Shown here one piece after another: positions 47,671-57,354 of a stretch of 64,000 nt of DNA (position 1 is its first letter; every line of letters starts with the position of its first letter). Source of the stretch: Candidatus Peregrinibacteria bacterium. GTDB lineage: Bacteria > Patescibacteriota > Gracilibacteria > UBA1369. The notes beneath the pieces are model-generated. The model made no database searches and was not told the origin of the DNA. It saw only the letters and a program-made list of their open reading frames with translations. The stretch is from the NCBI GenBank assembly GCA_963708185.1, contig OY970195.1, forward strand, positions 576,001-640,000, given 5' to 3'. The translations under genes and the position numbers were made by a program.

Positions 47671-47702
47671 AAAAAAGAGCCCGACATATCGGGCTCTTTT
47701 TT
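47671..47702. terminator. Bidirectional intrinsic terminator
   Basis: AAAAAAGAGCCCGA-CATA-TCGGGCTCTTTTTT between convergent genes. Confidence 0.9.
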
Positions 47703-47719
47703 GATCTCTTCATTGAGTT

Positions 47720-48022
47720 CTACTGTACTTGTTGACTGACGCTTACCGCGCCTTCCGATCCGCATTTATCATAGACCAAATTATCGTAACTGGTCTGACC
47801 GGGCGGATAATAGATTTCATAGCTTTCACCGTTCTTGCAGTTGACGATGATGGTGTTGTCGTCTTTGGTCTGTACGTTTTCGACCGTAGAGGATTTCTCA
47901 AGATCGCGAATGTTATTGTCGAGGCTGCTGTGTCCGCTTCCGAAATAGTATATCGCCGCGATCAGAGCAATTCCAAGAGCGATAAACAAGGGAAGATATT
48001 TTTTCAATTCATCTTTGTGCAT
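47720..48022 (-). CDS. Small membrane-anchored protein
   Basis: N-terminal TM, two Cys; extended -10 6 nt before ATG. Confidence 0.7.
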   Translation of the reverse strand: MHKDELKKYLPLFIALGIALIAAIYYFGSGHSSLDNNIRDLEKSSTVENVQTKDDNTIIVNCKNGESYEIYYPPGQTSYDNLVYDKCGSEGAVSVSQQVQ

Positions 48023-48122
48023 GATAGAAGTTTACCATGCGAGGTTTTCACCACCAATGAAAAAATTTTCGTGCAATATTGCTCATTGTACGCTAAGGTG
48101 GATGAAGATTTTTTCGTTCTCC

Positions 48123-48563
48123 ATGAAAGTGAAGATTCATCGCGTCGACAAAGGCCTTCCACTGCCGGTTTATGAAACCGAAGGTGCGGTCGGTTTTGAT
48201 ATCCTTGCCCGAGAAAACGTCACCATACCGCCACGAAACGTCGCTCTTATACCAGGAAACATCATCGTGGAGGTTCCCGAGAACTACATGCTTGTCGTGG
48301 CATCGCGCAGTTCAACACCCAAAAAAAAGGGCCTCTTAACGCCTCACGGCATCGGCATCATCGATCATGACTACTGCGGTCCGGAGGACGAAATTAAGAT
48401 CCAGGTTTATAATTTTCTGGACCAGGGTGTTATCATCCAACGTGGAGAAAAGATTGCCCAAGGGGTTTTCGTCCATATTGATAAGTTTGACTGGGACGAG
48501 ACGGAAGCCATGCAAAAAACCAGCCGAGGCGGTTTTGGGAGCACAGGAGGACATGCTGAATAA
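48123..48563 (+). CDS. dut: dUTP diphosphatase
   Basis: AVGFDI, SRSS, GIIDHDYCG, GEKIAQG, RGGFGSTG. Confidence 0.95.
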   Translation: MKVKIHRVDKGLPLPVYETEGAVGFDILARENVTIPPRNVALIPGNIIVEVPENYMLVVASRSSTPKKKGLLTPHGIGIIDHDYCGPEDEIKIQVYNFLDQGVIIQRGEKIAQGVFVHIDKFDWDETEAMQKTSRGGFGSTGGHAE

Positions 48564-48593
48564 TTTTCTTATACTTGTATAATATTTTTATAC

Positions 48594-49199
48594 ATGAGGA
48601 AAGGCCTTTTTATAGCAGTATACGGGGTAAATAATATAGGAAAATCTACACACTGCAGAATTCTCAGTGAACGTTTAAAACGTGAAGGGTACGACGTCGT
48701 CACGCTTAAATATCCGATTTATGATCTGGAACCGACTGGTTCCCAGCTCAATGCCATTTTAAGGGGCGGAGAGAAGCAGGATATCCTTGAAGAAGAGCTT
48801 CAAAGGCTTTTTACACAAAACCGCAGGGATTTTGAACCTCAACTCAGGAAATACCTTGATGAAGGTAAAATCGTCGTGGCCGAAGACTACACGGGAACAG
48901 GTATTGCCTGGGGTATGGCGAAGGGCCTTTCACTGGAAATGATGGAGAAATTGAATGAAGGACTGCTCAAGGAAGATTTTTCGCTGCTCATGATCGGTCA
49001 TCGTGATGTTCACGCAACGGAAAAGCATCATATCCATGAGCAAAATTCTGAATTACTTTCATCTGTGAGTAAAATTTTTGTTCAGCTTGGAGAGCGTTAC
49101 CATTGGCATTTTATCCAGCTCCAACAAGGCATACCTGACACCGCGGACCTGATCTGGAAGAGCGTTCACGATTTTCTTCAGCAGCACCATCGTCAATAG
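48594..49199 (+). CDS. tmk: Thymidylate kinase-like protein
   Basis: KGLFIAVYGVNNIGKST P-loop, KYP, next to dut. Confidence 0.8.
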   Translation: MRKGLFIAVYGVNNIGKSTHCRILSERLKREGYDVVTLKYPIYDLEPTGSQLNAILRGGEKQDILEEELQRLFTQNRRDFEPQLRKYLDEGKIVVAEDYTGTGIAWGMAKGLSLEMMEKLNEGLLKEDFSLLMIGHRDVHATEKHHIHEQNSELLSSVSKIFVQLGERYHWHFIQLQQGIPDTADLIWKSVHDFLQQHHRQ

Positions 49200-49298
49200 C
49201 ATTGGTTTTTCCCTCAGCTTTCCTTGAAATTCGCACCTTAAAGTGTTAGCATTGCAGCGCTTTCTCTTTTTGAGATCTCTTCATTTTTTCGTTTCTCC

Positions 49299-50165
49299 AT
49301 GCAGCTCCTGGATGGAAAAAAGGTCGCCTCGGAACTTTACACTAAACTCCAAGGGAAAGTTGCGGCCTTACAAGAGAAGGGACTCACTCCCAAACTGGTT
49401 ATCGTTTTAGTCGGAGACGACCCGGCATCTTTATCGTACATCAAACAAAAACGCAAAGCGTCGGAACTGACGGGAATCGTTTCCGAGCTCATGCATTTAC
49501 AACCGGATGAGGTTGATACCGAGAGTATGATCGAACTCGTCCAAAAATTGAACAATGATCCTGATGTCAACGGTTTTATCGTGCAGCTTCCCCTTCCCAA
49601 ACATGTGGATACGCCGAAGGTTCTCAAAGCGGTGGATCCCAAAAAGGACGTTGACGGTTTTACCGCCTATAACCTGGGAAAAATGTTTTTGAGCACAGAA
49701 TTTGAAGACCTGGCTCCCTGCACCCCGCTCGGGGTCATCCGCCTACTGGAATACTACGATATCGCCGTACGGGGCCTTGAAGTGACGATGGTCGGAGCAA
49801 GCAATACTGTGGGAAAGCCTCTTGCGATCATGCTTCAAAACCGGGGAGCCACGGTGACGATATGCAACAGCAAAACCAAGGACCTTGCATCTCATACCAA
49901 GTCAGCGGATCTTTTGGTTGTGGCCGTCGGTAAAGAAAAACTTATCACCAAAGATATGGTCGCAGACGGAGCCGTGGTCGTCGATGTCGGGATCAACCGC
50001 AACAAAGAAGGGAAACTCGTCGGTGACGTGGATTTTGATGATGTGTCGCCCAAATGTAAATTTATTACTCCGGTTCCGGGAGGCTGCGGGCCAATGACGG
50101 TCGCCTGTCTCATGGAAAATGTCGTTCACGCGGTTCTCAAACAACATCCGCATTTTGATTCTTAA
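49299..50165 (+). CDS. folD: Methylenetetrahydrofolate dehydrogenase/cyclohydrolase
   Basis: VGDDPAS..Y, VQLPLP, KDVDG, PCTP, DVGINR, TPVPGG.GPMT. Confidence 0.97.
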   Translation: MQLLDGKKVASELYTKLQGKVAALQEKGLTPKLVIVLVGDDPASLSYIKQKRKASELTGIVSELMHLQPDEVDTESMIELVQKLNNDPDVNGFIVQLPLPKHVDTPKVLKAVDPKKDVDGFTAYNLGKMFLSTEFEDLAPCTPLGVIRLLEYYDIAVRGLEVTMVGASNTVGKPLAIMLQNRGATVTICNSKTKDLASHTKSADLLVVAVGKEKLITKDMVADGAVVVDVGINRNKEGKLVGDVDFDDVSPKCKFITPVPGGCGPMTVACLMENVVHAVLKQHPHFDS

Positions 50166-50175
50166 CCTTCGCTGT

Positions 50176-51690
50176 ATGTGTGGCATTATCGGTGTTATCG
50201 GCAATAAACAAGCGGCTCAGGAGATTTTCGACGGTCTCACCGTACTCCAGCATCGCGGCCAGGATTCAGCGGGAATCATGACCTATGAGGATCATTTTCA
50301 TTTGAAGAAGGGGAACGGCCTGGTCCGTGACGTCTTCCATACCAAAAACATGATCCGCCTGCGTGGGAATATCGGCATCGGCCACGTGCGTTATCCTACG
50401 GCGGGAAGTTACGATGCCGCTGAAGCGCAACCGTTTTTTGTCAACTCCCCTTTTGGCATCGCTTTGATCCACAACGGGAATCTGACCAACTACAATGAAC
50501 TGAAAAAAGAGGTTTTAACCGTTGACCTGCGCTACCTTAATACCACGTCCGACTCTGAACTCCTGCTCAACGTGGTGGCCCAGTCGATCCGCGATACCCT
50601 GCGGGCGCAAAAAAGAAAATCGCTGAGTCCGGAGATCCTCTTTGATGCCATGAAGCTTGTTTATGCACGTCTGAAAGGAAGCTACTCGGTTATCATGCTC
50701 ATCGCGGGCTACGGATTGATGGCCTTCCGGGATCCTTACGGCATAAGGCCGTTATCTTTCGGAATGCGTAAAGAAGGCATCCTCCCGGAGTATATTTTCG
50801 CTTCTGAAAGCGTCGCGCTGGACACCTTGGGTTACGATCTGGTTTCCGACGTGCAGCCCGGGGAAGTAGTTTTTGTCGACAATCAGCGGAACGTTCACAG
50901 GGAACAGATCACGAAGAAACACTGGGCACCTTGTATTTTCGAACATGTTTACATCGCCAGACCCGATTCGATGCAGGACGGAGTGAGCGTCTACAAGACA
51001 CGTCTTCGCATGGGCATCAAACTGGCCCAGAAGATCAAGAAAGCGAAACTGAAGATCGACGTGGTTGTTCCCGTTCCTGATTCCGCGCGAAGTTCCGCAC
51101 TTTCCCTTGCGCAGGAGCTGGGCATCAAATATCGTGAAGGCTTGGTAAAAAACCGATATATCGGACGGACGTTCATCATGCCGGGCCAGGAGATCAGAAA
51201 GAAATCCATTCACTACAAACTCAACCCCATCAAACTCGAAATCGAGGGACGAAACGTGCTTCTCGTCGATGATTCGATTGTCCGTGGAAACACTTCGAAG
51301 AGGATTATTGAGATGATACGTGAAGCCGGTGCGAAGAAGGTTTATTTTGCTTCCGCGGCTCCTCAGATCGTCAGCCCCTGCGTTTACGGGGTCGACATGC
51401 CGACGAAAAAAGATTTTGTGGCCAATGGCCTGACCGTCGATGAGATATGCAAGGTTATCGGTGCTGACGGACTGTTTTACCAGGATATTGATGATCTCAT
51501 TGAATCTGCTAAAGAGGGTAATCCCAAAATCACCAACTTCTGCTTTGCCTGCATGAGCGGGAAATACCCCACTCCAGAAGTTACCAAGGAGCTTCTTGCC
51601 CATGCCGAATCAGCCAGAGGCAACGTGCATCAGATTGATGCTGAATTGGGAGATGACGCGTCAAAAGACGATCAGCTTTCCCTGATCTAA
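50176..51690 (+). CDS. purF: Amidophosphoribosyltransferase
   Basis: MCGIIG, LQHRGQDSAG, GHVRYPTAG, HNGNLTN, VDDSIVRGNT. Confidence 0.98.
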   Translation: MCGIIGVIGNKQAAQEIFDGLTVLQHRGQDSAGIMTYEDHFHLKKGNGLVRDVFHTKNMIRLRGNIGIGHVRYPTAGSYDAAEAQPFFVNSPFGIALIHNGNLTNYNELKKEVLTVDLRYLNTTSDSELLLNVVAQSIRDTLRAQKRKSLSPEILFDAMKLVYARLKGSYSVIMLIAGYGLMAFRDPYGIRPLSFGMRKEGILPEYIFASESVALDTLGYDLVSDVQPGEVVFVDNQRNVHREQITKKHWAPCIFEHVYIARPDSMQDGVSVYKTRLRMGIKLAQKIKKAKLKIDVVVPVPDSARSSALSLAQELGIKYREGLVKNRYIGRTFIMPGQEIRKKSIHYKLNPIKLEIEGRNVLLVDDSIVRGNTSKRIIEMIREAGAKKVYFASAAPQIVSPCVYGVDMPTKKDFVANGLTVDEICKVIGADGLFYQDIDDLIESAKEGNPKITNFCFACMSGKYPTPEVTKELLAHAESARGNVHQIDAELGDDASKDDQLSLI

Positions 51691-51874
51691 TTTTTACTGA
51701 GTTTCCTTTTCCAGAGCCGTAAACACGGGTCTGTTTTGAGATGGATTGTTTTTTGAACTGTAATAGTTTTCATCTGAGGGAGTTAAACACCATGCAAACT
51801 ATAAATTTGCTAATCTGTAACTTTTTTGTTATAATAATAAGATTAAAAAATTCTCATTTTCTCCACTCATTTTT

Positions 51875-53452
51875 ATGAATACAGCACCAAAGCTCCAGCC
51901 AGGCGCAGACGATGAACTTCAGCGAAAAGGATCGGTTCAGCAGCCTGCTGAACAAGAAATTCCGGCAGAAGAGGAAGTCAGTGGCGTCTATACCACCGCT
52001 CCGACAACCAAGGCTCTCAAGAAAAAACTGGAAGCCGAAAAAGCTTTCATGGATGAAATACGCAGTAAAACCGGCTACTTCGACCGAAAAGCGGAAGCAA
52101 TGGAGTACGCCAAGACTCTTGCCGACGATCGGGGCCAGGATGCGTCCGAAAAGTACATGAGGGAATTCGAAAAAGAAGAAGGAGACAAGATCAGAGAATA
52201 CGCCAGAAAAGAAGCTGAAAAATCTCTCGGAGGTAAAGAAGTTTTCTCTTATGAACATGCCGAAGTTCCCCTTTCTCCCGAAGAAAAAGAGGCGAGATCA
52301 AAGAATATCGGTGCTTCGCTTGAAGCATCGATGGGAGAAACCAAAAAATCAATTTTTGAGGTCATTCAGCCTCTCGAAATTGACGCTGCGGACGTACTTA
52401 CCAAAAGCGGCAAAGAGATTCTCGGGGAGAAGCTTGAAAAGAATTTCCTGGGGATCATCGAAAGCGGCGGGAAAAAACCGGTCGCCTATAAAGCTCTTTT
52501 CAATAAAGGTGAAATTGTCGCCATGGGGTCTCCGGGTCTTAAGAAAGCAAACGGAGAGTACCCTGAAAATCGTGACGGGATGGTCATCATGAAAACGAAA
52601 GACGGTCAAGGTCTGCAGATGATCATGACCCACGGCGTGAGCGAAGGTCCTGAGTCAGCGGCTCTGGCGAATACCGCTGCGGTATCTGCCGGATTCGACC
52701 TCAGCAGGATGCATCCTCCGCATCTGACCGACGTCTTCGACCGCACCAACGACATGCTGAACAGCATCAAGCGTGAGCTCAATGTTCCAAAACAGCGTAC
52801 GGCCATTATCGGAGTCACCCTTACCAAAGCCAGCGACAACATTCCGCTCTATAATGTGGAAATCCTCAACGCAGGAGATGCCCACTGTTTTGTCATCGAT
52901 ACCTTAAGCGGCAAGATCGTTCAATCAATCCCAGCGACGGTGGGGGGCGAATTCCAGAAAGCAAAGCTTTCGATGCGAAGACGCAAAGAAATTCTCGACA
53001 AACGGTCGAAACAAACCGGAGCAACTCCCAAACAAATTGAGCAGGTCTTGAGCATGTCCGCAGGAGTCACTTCCGAATTCTTCGACCCAAGGGAAACCGA
53101 CATCCAGGCCGGCCCCGGAGAGATTGTCGTCGTTGCCAGCTCAGACTTCATGAAAGCTTTCGGCGGTCACGAATATTTCCAGGACGGAACCATGGGAAAG
53201 CTTCTCACTGAGAGACTGAAAAAGGGTCAATCATTCGAAAAGATCATGACTCAGATCATGAAAAACGTTCTCCGTCGTCAGAACGACGGAAAGATCGAAG
53301 AACACCCGCTTTCCGTCATTGCTTTCCAGGTTCCCGGGAGTGTCGTTTCGACGGGAAAAACGAAAAAACCGGAACTTACGGTTGAAGAGGTTTTGGGGAA
53401 GACCGTTCGGCCCCTTGAGCTCGATTTTGAAGACCTGAAAGATACAAAATAG
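51875..53452 (+). CDS. Hypothetical protein with degenerate PP2C-like domain
   Basis: ENRDG, THGVS, NAGDAH, VASSD spaced like PP2C motifs. Confidence 0.65.
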   Translation: MNTAPKLQPGADDELQRKGSVQQPAEQEIPAEEEVSGVYTTAPTTKALKKKLEAEKAFMDEIRSKTGYFDRKAEAMEYAKTLADDRGQDASEKYMREFEKEEGDKIREYARKEAEKSLGGKEVFSYEHAEVPLSPEEKEARSKNIGASLEASMGETKKSIFEVIQPLEIDAADVLTKSGKEILGEKLEKNFLGIIESGGKKPVAYKALFNKGEIVAMGSPGLKKANGEYPENRDGMVIMKTKDGQGLQMIMTHGVSEGPESAALANTAAVSAGFDLSRMHPPHLTDVFDRTNDMLNSIKRELNVPKQRTAIIGVTLTKASDNIPLYNVEILNAGDAHCFVIDTLSGKIVQSIPATVGGEFQKAKLSMRRRKEILDKRSKQTGATPKQIEQVLSMSAGVTSEFFDPRETDIQAGPGEIVVVASSDFMKAFGGHEYFQDGTMGKLLTERLKKGQSFEKIMTQIMKNVLRRQNDGKIEEHPLSVIAFQVPGSVVSTGKTKKPELTVEEVLGKTVRPLELDFEDLKDTK

Positions 53453-53552
53453 TATTTCCTGAAGCCGTTGCCAGGCTATTTTAAAGATTATTTGACGTGT
53501 TTAGTGTTTTATGCTATTCTTTGAGACCTTTCCTCTTAAAAGATGGTCTTTT

Positions 53553-54155
53553 ATGGCTAATCCTGAATCTGTACGACCGGGTGACAATGAGGCGGAAGCG
53601 GTTGATGTTGGATCCGTTGTTGAAAGTGGGACCATTCCGCGTCATGAAGAACAAGCGTTATTTTGTTCTCCCGGAGTACGATCACCTCTCATCGATCGAA
53701 TTATGGGTGGGCACTTTGAGGTCAGTGACACGAACGTGAAAGGTTCCGTGGCGAAATGCGGTCACGATGAATTCTGGGATCGCCTCAAAATCTTCAGCTG
53801 CGAGGACGCCAGTATCGTCAACATTCATCAGCGCGCCAGTGAATGCGGTTTGCCGATGCTTTTTCTTGAAGACAAAATCAATTCCAATCCAAAGTCCCTT
53901 CAGGTGGATTACTACAGATTTTTAGGACAGCTGATCGATCTGGTTCTTTTTTATGCTGAAAAAGAACAGGGACGTCAGGAAGCCGTGCGTCCGTTTGGTC
54001 TTTCCAATAAGGAACTTATCGAGCGCGCCCGTGAAGTTGCTGCGATTCTGGGAAGGAAACCCGAGATCCTGGTCAAAATCAAGACTCTAAAACTTGAAGT
54101 GGAATTGCGTATTTCTCAACCCGGGAACGACTCCTCAACCCCAGAGAAAGTTTGA
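53553..54155 (+). CDS. Hypothetical protein
   Basis: ORF with own TTGACG...TGCTATTCT promoter. Confidence 0.7.
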   Translation: MANPESVRPGDNEAEAVDVGSVVESGTIPRHEEQALFCSPGVRSPLIDRIMGGHFEVSDTNVKGSVAKCGHDEFWDRLKIFSCEDASIVNIHQRASECGLPMLFLEDKINSNPKSLQVDYYRFLGQLIDLVLFYAEKEQGRQEAVRPFGLSNKELIERAREVAAILGRKPEILVKIKTLKLEVELRISQPGNDSSTPEKV

Positions 54156-54249
54156 CGTAATAAGGTTTTATCCTATATCTTTCCGTTGAAGTCTGCTATG
54201 GCTTCTTTTTTGTTATCATTTTTGTTATCATTTTTTAATTCCTTGTCCT

Positions 54250-55473
54250 ATGGTGAAAAACTTTACAAAAATCTTTGGGATTGCGGCTATCGGACTTGTT
54301 CTAGCATCAACCCTCAGCGCGTGCGCCGATATCGGCGACGAAGGCATGTCATCCACGCAACAGGATGAAAATATGACCCAGATGCAGACGGTGTCCGACA
54401 GCCAGGCAATGCCTGCCACATCGGAAGGTGATACCATTCAGGTCGGCGCCATTTTTCCGCTCACCGGTGACGGCGCGGCTTACGGCGAACCGATGCAGAA
54501 AGTCGCCCAGATCGCTTTGGATGAAATCAACGCCAACGGAGGCGTCAACGGCAAGAAGCTCGAATTTTTGTGGGAAGACGGGAAATGTAACGGTAACGAT
54601 GCTTCCGCCGCCGCCAACAAACTTATCAATGTGGACAAGGTCCAGATTATTTACGGCGGTTTCTGCAGCAGCGAGACGCTCGCCGTAGCACCGATCGCAG
54701 AGGCCGCGCACGTGGTGGTTCTTTCTCCTGCATCTTCCAGCCCGGACATCACCAATGCCGGCGACTATATCTTCCGCAACTACCCATCCGATGCCACACA
54801 GGGCAAAGTTTTAGCTGAGGGAGCTCAAAAATCCGCCTTCAAGAAGGTCGGCGTCCTTGCGGAACAGAACGATTATACGCTTGGCATCCAGAAGGTTTTC
54901 GAAGACCAGTTCAAACAACTCGGCGGCGATGTTGTCGTCGAAACCTACCTTCCCGACAACAGCGATTTCAGAACTTCCCTCCTGAAACTGAAGTCCGACG
55001 GCGTTGATGCATTGCTTGTCGATCCGCAAACTCCGGCCAAAGCCGACCTCATCTTCAAACAGCTCCAGGAAATGAGCTGGGACGTTAAACTGATGGGGAA
55101 TGACGTTGTTGCCGGATACCAGGATCTCATCAGCAAGTATTCAAAACTTGTTGAAGGGATGATCGTGGCTGAATTCACCTATGACAAAGAAAATCCCGAC
55201 TTCAAAAAACTCGCTTCAAAATATCAGGACATAACGGGCAAAGAACTTCCCTACGGAACCTACGCCAGCACCAGTTACGATGCCGTATACATCGTCAAAG
55301 AGGCGCTTGAAAGCGTTGGAAACAACGCCGATGCGATCAAGGATTATCTCGCCGGCATCCATGACCGTCAGGGTCTCGGAGGCAACCTGACCTTCGATGA
55401 GAACGGTGATCCGAAAGCGGGTCACTCGCTTGAAATCGTCAAAGACGGCAAGGTCGTCGCCTACCAGCAGTAG
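54250..55473 (+). CDS. livK: Branched-chain amino acid ABC transporter substrate-binding lipoprotein
   Basis: LSAC lipobox, IGAIFPLTG-like, EINANGGVNG, FCSS, FRNYPSD. Confidence 0.9.
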   Translation: MVKNFTKIFGIAAIGLVLASTLSACADIGDEGMSSTQQDENMTQMQTVSDSQAMPATSEGDTIQVGAIFPLTGDGAAYGEPMQKVAQIALDEINANGGVNGKKLEFLWEDGKCNGNDASAAANKLINVDKVQIIYGGFCSSETLAVAPIAEAAHVVVLSPASSSPDITNAGDYIFRNYPSDATQGKVLAEGAQKSAFKKVGVLAEQNDYTLGIQKVFEDQFKQLGGDVVVETYLPDNSDFRTSLLKLKSDGVDALLVDPQTPAKADLIFKQLQEMSWDVKLMGNDVVAGYQDLISKYSKLVEGMIVAEFTYDKENPDFKKLASKYQDITGKELPYGTYASTSYDAVYIVKEALESVGNNADAIKDYLAGIHDRQGLGGNLTFDENGDPKAGHSLEIVKDGKVVAYQQ

Positions 55474-55496
55474 TCCCGTCCAGAAAAAAGCTTTTC

Positions 55497-55536
55497 AAAA
55501 GAGCCCTTCATGTCCATAATGTGAAGGGCTCTTTTT
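55497..55536 (+). terminator. Intercistronic hairpin/terminator after livK
   Basis: AAAAGAGCCCTTCA/TGAAGGGCTCTTTT. Confidence 0.75.
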
Positions 55537-55560
55537 CTGTATCTTCATCCACAAAGACCC

Positions 55561-56463
55561 ATGCTCGATATTCTTCCCCAGGTCGTCTGGTATTCGTTGT
55601 TGGCGACGGCCATCTATACGCTTATTTCGATCGGACTGACGATGACGTTCGGCGTGCTTGGATTCATCAACTTCGCACATGGTGAGATGGCCCTGCTGGG
55701 AGCATACCTTCTTCTGGCTTTCTTGACGTGGCTGCAACTTCCCTTCTGGGTCGCTTTCATTCTTGTGACCGTGATCATGGCTGGCTTTGGCGTTGTCCTT
55801 GAAAAGGTTACGTTCAAGCCGGTGCGAAAAAGCCATCCTTTTAAACCCCTCGTGATCTCGATAGGGATCAGCGCTTTTTTACAATCGTTGGTCATTCTCA
55901 TTTTCGGTGCCGGAGTGACGTCGTATTTTCAGGCGGGGCAAAAAGAAGCCCAGACCTTTTCTTTTTTCAACGGAGATCTCGTCATTACCGACCATCAAAT
56001 CTTGCTGATGGTTGTGTCGGTCATCCTGCTCGCGGCACTTGCCCTTTTTCTTCAATACTCCAAAACCGGGAAATCTTTGCGCGCCGTCGCCGACAATCGT
56101 GAAGTCGCGTCGATCCTGGGCATCAATGTGGACAGAACCGTATCGATTATTTTTGCCATCGGCACCGGCATCGCGGCGATCGCAGGCATGCTCATCGGCG
56201 GGGAACAGAACCTGAATCCCACCATGGGGCTGGAACTCGGCATTTATGCATTTTCCGCCGTCGTGCTTGGTGGAGTCGGCAATGTCTGGGGAGCGCTCGT
56301 GGGAAGTCTCATCATCGGGTTCGCCGAAAACTTTTTGATCGGTTTTACTCCTGTCCCTGCAAGCTATCGTTCCGCGCTGGTTTTTCTTCTTCTGATTATC
56401 GTGCTCATGTTCAAGCCCAACGGGGCCATGGGTGCCACCGCGGACGCCGAAATCCGTAAATAA
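55561..56463 (+). CDS. livH: BCAA ABC permease LivH
   Basis: GLTMTFGVLGFINFAHGE, GKSLRAVADN, VLGGVGN. Confidence 0.93.
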   Translation: MLDILPQVVWYSLLATAIYTLISIGLTMTFGVLGFINFAHGEMALLGAYLLLAFLTWLQLPFWVAFILVTVIMAGFGVVLEKVTFKPVRKSHPFKPLVISIGISAFLQSLVILIFGAGVTSYFQAGQKEAQTFSFFNGDLVITDHQILLMVVSVILLAALALFLQYSKTGKSLRAVADNREVASILGINVDRTVSIIFAIGTGIAAIAGMLIGGEQNLNPTMGLELGIYAFSAVVLGGVGNVWGALVGSLIIGFAENFLIGFTPVPASYRSALVFLLLIIVLMFKPNGAMGATADAEIRK

Positions 56464-56470
56464 TTTCGTT

Positions 56471-57349
56471 ATGCTCGATTATCTCATCCACATCGCCATC
56501 ATGTTTGTCGTCCTGGGCATGCTCACGCTCTGTCTGGATATCATCATCGGTTTCGTGGGCTATCTGAACCTCGGACACGTGGCATTCTGGGCGATCGGTT
56601 CGTACACGTACGCCCTGCTGATGCTTCACGGTCAGTCCTTTTTTGTCTCTATGCTGGCGGCAGGTATCGCCGCAGGCCTGGCCGGCCTAATTCTTGGATT
56701 TCCGACGCTTCGTCTCAAGGGTCACTATATCGCCATCGCTTCGCTCGGGTTCATGTACATTACGACCGCCCTGCTGACCAACCTCAGCGATATCACCCGC
56801 GGCCCTTTGGGGCTTCCGGGCATTCCCCGTCCGGTCATTTTCGGCATCAGTTTTGAAAGCGACTTTTCGTTTCTTCTTCTGACCGTCGGGATTTCTATCG
56901 TCGTCGGAGTTATTCTATATAGAATTCTCCATTCCCCTTTCGGAAAAATCCTCGAAACCATCCGCGAAGACGAGGTCGCCTCCAAAGCCCTGGGCAAAAA
57001 CACTTTTTCCTATAAACTTCAGGCCAATGTTTTGAGCGCTTTCTTTACAGGCATCATCAGCGCTTTGACGGCTTCGTTTTTTCAATACATCAGCCCCACG
57101 GGATTCGGCGTTCCACAAATTATTTTTTTCCTTGCGGCGCTGATGGTGGGAGGTGCCGGATCTTTTTGGGGAGGAATTCTCGGCGCCTTCATCGTTCAGG
57201 GACTGGAGGAAATGAGCCGTTTCGTCCCACTTCCTCCAAACGCCATCGGCCCCGTCCGCACAATGATTTACGCTTTGCTGCTCATCGCCATCATGCTTTA
57301 TCGCCCGAATGGAATTCTCGGCAAGAAAATAAAAACTTTTGACCGTTAA
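56471..57349 (+). CDS. livM: BCAA ABC permease LivM
   Basis: LGHVAFWAIGSY, LRLKGHY, IREDE, GGAGS, RPNGILG. Confidence 0.93.
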   Translation: MLDYLIHIAIMFVVLGMLTLCLDIIIGFVGYLNLGHVAFWAIGSYTYALLMLHGQSFFVSMLAAGIAAGLAGLILGFPTLRLKGHYIAIASLGFMYITTALLTNLSDITRGPLGLPGIPRPVIFGISFESDFSFLLLTVGISIVVGVILYRILHSPFGKILETIREDEVASKALGKNTFSYKLQANVLSAFFTGIISALTASFFQYISPTGFGVPQIIFFLAALMVGGAGSFWGGILGAFIVQGLEEMSRFVPLPPNAIGPVRTMIYALLLIAIMLYRPNGILGKKIKTFDR

Positions 57350-57354
57350 CGTTC

